Positions 58,521 through 64,000 of a stretch of DNA of 64,000 bases are shown here, piece by piece. The DNA is taken from the NCBI GenBank assembly GCA_963662615.2, contig CAXXSR010000001.1, forward strand, positions 256,001-320,000, written 5' to 3'. The translations under genes and the position numbers were made by a program. The stretch's first letter is position 1. Every line of letters starts with the position of its first letter. Below the pieces are notes generated by a model. It did no database searches and was not told where the DNA came from. It saw nothing but the letters and a program-made list of their open reading frames with translations. The DNA comes from Dehalococcoidia bacterium. GTDB lineage: Bacteria > Chloroflexota > Dehalococcoidia > Bin125.

Positions 58521-59786
58521 CTATCCGTCCTTGCCGTCGTAGCCGAACAGCCGCCCGGCCTCGCGCAGAGCGTCGAGGAGCGCATCGACCTCGTCAGGGC
58601 GGTTGTAGAGGTAGAAGCTGGCGCGCGCCGTGGCGGCGACGTCCAGGCTGCGCATGAGCGGCTGGGCGCAGTGGTGCCCGGCGCGAATCGCCACGCCGTA
58701 CCCGTCCAGGATCGTGCTGATGTCGTGGGCGTGAATGTCGAGGTAGTTGAACGCCATCACGGCGCCGCGTTGCTCGGGCTCGCTGGGGCCGTAGACGCGG
58801 ACGCCCTCTAGCGCCTTGAGCCGATCGAGGGCGTAGGCGGCGATCTTGATCTCGTGGGCGCGAACGGCGTCCAGGCCGAGGTTCGTCAAGTAGGTCAGGG
58901 CGGGGCCGAAGGCGATCACGTCGGCGATGTTGGGGGTGCCGGCCTCGAACTTGTGCGGCACCGCGGCCCAGCTGGATTCCTCGCGCGTGACGACGCTGAT
59001 CATCTCGCCGCCTCCCAGGAACGGGTCCAGGTCCTCCAGCAGCTCGCGGCGGCCCCAGAGCACGCCCACCCCAGTGGGTCCGAGCATCTTGTGGGCGGAG
59101 AAGGCGAGGAAGTCGGCGCCCAGCGTGCCAACGTCGACGGGCATGTGGGGGACGCTCTGGGCCCCGTCCACGACCATGATCGCGCCGGCGCTGTGCGCGA
59201 TCGCCGCGATCTCCTCCACGGGGTTGATCGTCCCCAGCACGTTCGACATGTGGACCAAGGAGACGATCTTGGTCCGCGGACCGATCAGGGCGCGGGCCTG
59301 GTCCAGGCTGATGCGGCCGCTGGGGTCCACATCAAGGAAGACGAGCGTCGCGCCCGAGCGTCGGGCGAGGAGCTGCCAGGGGACCAGGTTGGAGTGGTGC
59401 TCCATACCGCTGAGCACGATCTCGTCGCCCGGCTGCAGCCGCTGGCCCAGCGTGTAGGCGAGCAGGTTCAGCGACTCCGTGGTGTTGCGCGTGAAGACGA
59501 TCTCGCGCGCACTGGCGGCGCCGATGAAGGCGGCAACCTGCGTCCGCACCGCCTCATAGGCGGCCGTCGCCTCCTCCGCCAAGGTGTGCAGGCCGCGATG
59601 GATGTTGGCGTTGTTGGTGCTGTAGTAGTGCGTCAGGGCGTCGATGACGGCCTGCGGCTTTTGCGACGTGGCCGCGTTGTCCAGGTAGACCAGGGGATGG
59701 CCGTTGACCTCCCGCGTGAGGATGGGAAAGTCGGCGCGGATGGCGTCAACGTCCAGGGCCGTTGCTTGTTGCACCGTGCTGGTCAC
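58521..59786 (-). CDS. sufS: Cysteine desulfurase
   Basis: YLDNAATSQKP, EHHSN, DGAQ, SAHKMLGPTG, EAGTP, RAGHHCAQP. Confidence 0.96.
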   Translation of the reverse strand: MTSTVQQATALDVDAIRADFPILTREVNGHPLVYLDNAATSQKPQAVIDALTHYYSTNNANIHRGLHTLAEEATAAYEAVRTQVAAFIGAASAREIVFTRNTTESLNLLAYTLGQRLQPGDEIVLSGMEHHSNLVPWQLLARRSGATLVFLDVDPSGRISLDQARALIGPRTKIVSLVHMSNVLGTINPVEEIAAIAHSAGAIMVVDGAQSVPHMPVDVGTLGADFLAFSAHKMLGPTGVGVLWGRRELLEDLDPFLGGGEMISVVTREESSWAAVPHKFEAGTPNIADVIAFGPALTYLTNLGLDAVRAHEIKIAAYALDRLKALEGVRVYGPSEPEQRGAVMAFNYLDIHAHDISTILDGYGVAIRAGHHCAQPLMRSLDVAATARASFYLYNRPDEVDALLDALREAGRLFGYDGKDG

Positions 59787-60106
59787 GGCGCATCCTCAAG
59801 CGCGATCTGCACGTCGTCATCGATGACGCGCACGTCGTAGGCGCGCACGCCGCGCACGGCGGGCAGCGTCTGGGCCGCCCCGCTCTTGACGTCGAACAGC
59901 GCCCCGTGGCGGGGGCATTCGATCTCCTCGCCGCGCAGCGTGCCGTCGCCCAGCGGGCCGCTGTCGTGCGTGCAGACGTTGTCGATGGCGTAGATGCGGT
60001 CGCCGGCGACGTGGCAGAGGGCGATGCTGCGCCCGTTCGTCTCCACGATGCGGGCTTCACCGGCCGGCACGTCGGCAACCTTGGCGACAGTTACGTACTC
60101 GCTCAC
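59783..60106 (-). CDS. Rieske-type ferredoxin
   Basis: CTH...CPRHG motifs. Confidence 0.92.
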   Translation of the reverse strand: MSEYVTVAKVADVPAGEARIVETNGRSIALCHVAGDRIYAIDNVCTHDSGPLGDGTLRGEEIECPRHGALFDVKSGAAQTLPAVRGVRAYDVRVIDDDVQIALEDAP

Positions 60107-61457
60107 GCGGCCACTCCCGTATGCAGCTTCTCTTCGATGGCGCGCTCCACGACCTCGCGGGTGTGGGCGTCGGGCAGCCGCTCCACGGCGACCTGGAGGA
60201 AGCCGTGCACCACCATGCGCTCAGCGGTGTCCGGGTCGATGCCACGCGACTGGAGGTAGAAGAGGTGCTCCGGATCGACCGGCCCCACCGCGGCCGCGTG
60301 CGAGCACTTTACGTCGTCCGCCTCGATCTCGAGGATGGGGATGGGGTCGGCGCCGGCGCCCTCGCTGAGGAGGAGATTGCGCAGGGTCTGCGAGGAGCGG
60401 GTCTTCTGGCCCGAAGGGTAGATCTTGATCAGGCCGTACTGGACGGCGTCCGCGTTGTCGTCCAGGGCGCCCTTGATGAGCAGATCGCTGCTGCTGCCGA
60501 CGCCGGTGTGGCTCTGGCGCGTGTCGAACTCGATGTGCTGGTCGCCGGTGCCGACGAAGAGGCCGATCAGGTCGGCGCGGGAGCCGGCGCCCGTGGCGTC
60601 AATCTCCACGCGCTCCTTGTGGAGGCGCGCGCCGAAGGCCGCCGAGGCCAGGAGGACGGTGGCGTAGCGCCCCAGCGAGGCGCGCTCGGTCAGGAAGACG
60701 CTGACATCACGGCCCCACTGCTGCAGCTGGACGACCTGCACCCGGGCCTCGTCCTGCGCCACGATCTCGACCGTGCGGTTGACGAGCGATGCGTCCTCGC
60801 CATCCACGTCGCCGTCGCCGGCCTCATCGCCGGTGGCGGCCGCTTCCACCATCGTCACGGCGCTCCCCTCCGCCGCCACGATCAAGGTGTGGCCGAACAG
60901 GCCCAGCCCCCCGCGCTCTTGCTGAGGAGGTGGTAGAGCGTGGGCTCCACCACCACGCCGCGAGGGACATAGCAGAAGAGGCCCTGCGTCCAGAGGGCGG
61001 CGCTGAGGGCGGTGAAGCGGTCATAGTCGATCGGCGCGACCGTGTTCAGGTGGGCCCGGACGAGGGGCTCATGCTCGCGCGCCGCGATCGAGAGGGGTGC
61101 GAGGAGAACGCCCTTCCGCTCCAGCTCCTGCGAGAGTTCCAAGTGCGTCACGGCGTTGTCCACGTGGGCCAGGAGCCCACCCCGGGTGGGGCCCGCCAGC
61201 GAGAGCAGGTCGGGCGTGGGGACGGCCGTGCGGCCGAGCGGGATACGGTACCGCTCCAGGGGGACATCGCTGAGGGGTGTGCGGCGCCACTCCTCCTCCT
61301 GGCCGCTGGGCCATTGCAGCTCCTCGTACGTGCGCAGGGCGGAGAGGCGGTGCTGGCGCAGCCACGGCGGCTCGTCCAGGGAGCGGGAGACGGCATCGAC
61401 CAGATCGCCGGTTGGCCGGGCGGTCAGTGATTCCTCGAGCACCGCTGCGTTCGTCAC
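60103..61457 (-). CDS. sufD: Fe-S assembly protein SufD, apparent one-base deletion frameshift in a G6 run (60907-60912)
   Basis: 5' part EEWRRT...DRFTALSAALW; 3' part GHTLIVA...QTLRNLLLS...PILEIEADDVKCSHAA...FYLQSRG; one extra G restores the frame. Confidence 0.9.
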
Positions 61458-61591
61458 GGTCCTACTTTCGCTTCACGGTCGCGAAGCGCCCGCGGCCAAC
61501 CGCGCGTCCTTCCCGCAGGAGGACGACCGCCGCCGGCGGGGCTTTTCTAGCCTGCCGCATTCGTATGGCGTTTGCCCGCCTAGCCGCCCGC

Positions 61592-63001
61592 CTAGCCGAT
61601 AGCGCCTTCCATCTGCAGCTCCACCAGGCGGTTCAGCTCCACCGCGTATTCCATGGGCAGCTCTTTGATCACCGGTTCCACGAAGCCGTTGACGATCATC
61701 TTGGCGGCCTGCTCTTCCGTGAGCCCGCGCGACATCAGGTAGAAGAGCTGTTCCTCGCCCAACTTGGAGACCGTGGCCTCATGGCCGATCGAAACGCGCT
61801 TCTCGTCGATCTCCATGGTCGGGTAGGTGTCCGAGCGCGACTTGTCGTCCAGCATGAGGGCGTCGCAACGGACGGTGGCGCGCACGTCGGTGGCGCCCTC
61901 ATAGACCTTGAGGAGGCCGCGGTAGGAGGTGCGCCCGCCGTCGATGGCGAGGCTCTTGCTGTTGATCACCGACGTGGTGCTCGGCGCGGCGTGGACCATC
62001 TTGGCGCCGGCGTCTTGATGCTGCCCCTTGCCGGCGAAGGCGAGCGACAGCACCTCGCCGTGAGCGCCCGGCCCCATCAGGTAGACCGAGGGGTACTTCA
62101 TGGTCAGCTTGCTGCCGAGGTTGCCGTCCACCCAGGTCATGACGGCGTCCTCTTGTGCGACGGCCCGCTTGGTGACGAGGTTGTAGACGTTGTTGGACCA
62201 GTTCTGAATGGTGGTGTAGCGGACCTTGGCGCCGGGCTTGACGATGATCTCCACGACCGCGCTGTGGAGCGAGTCGCTGGAGTAGACGGGCGCGGTGCAG
62301 CCTTCCACGTAGTGCACCTCCGAGCCCGGCTCGGCGATGATGATGGTCCGCTCAAACTGGCCCATGTCCTCCGAGTTGATGCGGAAGTAGGCCTGCAGGG
62401 GGACATCCACCTTCACGCCCTCCGGCACCCAGATGAAGGAGCCGCCGGACCAGACGGCCGTGTTCAGCGCCGCGAACTTGTTGTCGTTGACGGGGATGAG
62501 GCGGGCGAAGTGCTCGCGGAAGAGATCTTCGTGCTCCTGCAGGCCCTGGTCGGCGCCCATGAAGATGACGCCCTTCTCTTCCAGGTCCTTGCGGATGTTG
62601 TGGTAGACCACCTCGGAGTCGTACTGGGCGCCCACGCCGGCCAGCAGCCCCTTCTTCTCCGCCTCCGGGATGCCGAGCTTGTCGTAGGTGTCGCGGATGT
62701 AGTCGGGGACGTCATCCCAGGACTGCTCGTCGCGGTCGGTGGCGCGGACGAAGTAGTGGATCTGATCGAAGTCGAGGTCGTTGAGGTGGCCGCCCCACTG
62801 CGGCATGGGCCGTTCCAGGAAATGCTCTAGCCCGCGCAGCCGCAGCTCCCGCATCCAGTCCGGCTCACTCTTGAGGTCCGAGATGGTGTTGACCACCTCG
62901 CGGCTGAGCCCCTTGGGCAGCTTGAGCAGCGCCTCTTCCTTGTCGTGGAAGCCGAACTCGTAGGCCGCCTTGCTGATTGGGGGCTTGCTTGCCGTTGTCA
63001 T
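61592..63001 (-). CDS. sufB: Fe-S assembly protein SufB
   Basis: [58 protein letters not shown]. Confidence 0.98.
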   Translation of the reverse strand: MTTASKPPISKAAYEFGFHDKEEALLKLPKGLSREVVNTISDLKSEPDWMRELRLRGLEHFLERPMPQWGGHLNDLDFDQIHYFVRATDRDEQSWDDVPDYIRDTYDKLGIPEAEKKGLLAGVGAQYDSEVVYHNIRKDLEEKGVIFMGADQGLQEHEDLFREHFARLIPVNDNKFAALNTAVWSGGSFIWVPEGVKVDVPLQAYFRINSEDMGQFERTIIIAEPGSEVHYVEGCTAPVYSSDSLHSAVVEIIVKPGAKVRYTTIQNWSNNVYNLVTKRAVAQEDAVMTWVDGNLGSKLTMKYPSVYLMGPGAHGEVLSLAFAGKGQHQDAGAKMVHAAPSTTSVINSKSLAIDGGRTSYRGLLKVYEGATDVRATVRCDALMLDDKSRSDTYPTMEIDEKRVSIGHEATVSKLGEEQLFYLMSRGLTEEQAAKMIVNGFVEPVIKELPMEYAVELNRLVELQMEGAIG

Positions 63002-63771
63002 GACGCAATGGCTCCTTCCGCCGCAGCGACTTCCTCAAGGATGGGGTCGTAGCCCTCGGCTTCTAGCTGTTCGGCCAAACTGAAGTCCCCCGACCGCACG
63101 ATGCGACCAGCGGCCAGCACGTGGACCCTGTCCGGGTGGACGTAGTTGAGCATGCGCTGATAGTGCGTGATCAGGAGTATGCCGTTGCTCTCCCCGTGGA
63201 AGGCGTTGATGCCCTCCGCCACGATGCGCAAGGCATCGATATCCAGGCCGGAGTCGGTCTCGTCCATGATCGCCATCTCCGGCTGGAGCAGGCCCAACTG
63301 CAGGATCTCGGCCCGCTTTTTCTCGCCGCCGGAGAAGCCGTCATTGACGTAGCGCCGGACGAACTGCTCGTCCATGTGGAGCGTCGTCAGGGCGGCCTGG
63401 AGCTGCTGGCGGAACTCCCGTACCGGGATCTCCTGGCCGCGACGGGCGCTGACGGCGCGGCGCAGGAAGTTGATCATGGAGACGCCGGGCACGTCGGTGG
63501 GGTACTGAAAGGCGAGAAAGAGCCCCCGGCGCGCGCGCTTGTCGGGGCTCTCTTTGAGGATGCTCTCCCCCTTGAAGCGGACGTCGCCGTCGGTCACGCG
63601 ATAGCGCGGGTGTCCCAGCAGGGCGTTGGCCAGCGTGCTCTTGCCGGAGCCGTTCGGTCCCATGATGGCGTGGACCTCGCCGGCGTCCACGCGCAAGGAG
63701 AGCCCCTTGACGATGGGCTTGTTCCCCACGTTGACGTGCAAGTCGTCGATCTCAAAGAGCGGCGTGCTCAT
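62998..63771 (-). CDS. sufC: Fe-S assembly ATPase SufC
   Basis: [42 protein letters not shown]. Confidence 0.97.
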   Translation of the reverse strand: MSTPLFEIDDLHVNVGNKPIVKGLSLRVDAGEVHAIMGPNGSGKSTLANALLGHPRYRVTDGDVRFKGESILKESPDKRARRGLFLAFQYPTDVPGVSMINFLRRAVSARRGQEIPVREFRQQLQAALTTLHMDEQFVRRYVNDGFSGGEKKRAEILQLGLLQPEMAIMDETDSGLDIDALRIVAEGINAFHGESNGILLITHYQRMLNYVHPDRVHVLAAGRIVRSGDFSLAEQLEAEGYDPILEEVAAAEGAIAS

Positions 63772-63998
63772 GGCCGGGCCACGTCTCCCTTATCTGTCTC
63801 GCCCTTTGATTTGCCCGCGCGGTTCGATTTGCCCGAGCCCGTAGTGGCGCCCGCGATATCGGCGGCCTCCACGACGTACTCGCAGGCGCGGTCGCCGTGG
63901 ACCAGGCTGCCTATCTGCTCCACCGGCACGCCGATCAGCTTCTCGATCGTGAGGCGGTCGGACTCACAGAGGCAGTCGCTGGCGTCGGCGGCGTCGCG
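63768..63998 (-). CDS. sufR: SufR-like transcriptional regulator, C-terminal part (runs off window end)
   Basis: RDAADASDCLCESDRLTIEKLIGVPVEQIGSLVHGDRACEYVV...; stop overlaps the sufC start (ATGA). Confidence 0.75.
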   Translation of the reverse strand, partial: RDAADASDCLCESDRLTIEKLIGVPVEQIGSLVHGDRACEYVVEAADIAGATTGSGKSNRAGKSKGETDKGDVARP

Positions 63999-64000
63999 AT

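Overview
High-GC (about 70%, judged by eye) bacterial chromosomal window with roughly 65 genes. I recognised no rRNA, tRNA, CRISPR array, integrase or transposase. F420 genes, a GAAC-N4-GTTC LexA-type box, a CIRCE element and the style of the secreted proteins suggest Chloroflexota, possibly Dehalococcoidia-like (inference only). Housekeeping content: argJ/argC, nth, tungstate ABC transporter tupABC, pyk, a stand-alone groEL with CIRCE, Fe/Mn sod, thiN, npdG-cofE, a NitT/TauT ABC transporter, a CoA-transferase pair, SmtB-type ArsR plus CDF zinc efflux, and a suf operon (sufR-C-B-D-Rieske-S-U-T). A hopanoid pathway is split into two loci: hpnH-hpnG-hpnA at 15.8-18.8 kb, and fur-prenyl synthase-shc-hpnC-hpnD-hpnE at 44-51 kb with an HpnL-family membrane protein upstream. 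Most interesting observations: (1) a lower-GC stand-alone CAP12/Pycsar-type TIR gene with a palindromic LexA/SOS-type box abutting its RBS, near macro, ASCH and NUDIX genes; (2) three genes broken by in-frame amber codons in a CTAG context (two at conserved Trp positions) plus about a dozen silent CTAG sites, pointing to a CCAG/CTGG->CTAG process that may be mutational, recoding or a basecalling artefact; (3) an uncharacterised ~85-aa 'GWN' module found three times in two secreted proteins; (4) a leaderless promoter architecture (TAnnnT-N6-start codon) at seven or more genes; (5) many short 12-18 bp degenerate tandem arrays. Frameshifts in sufD (G6 run) and an HDOD gene suggest the assembly contains errors, so all pseudogene calls need read-level checking.
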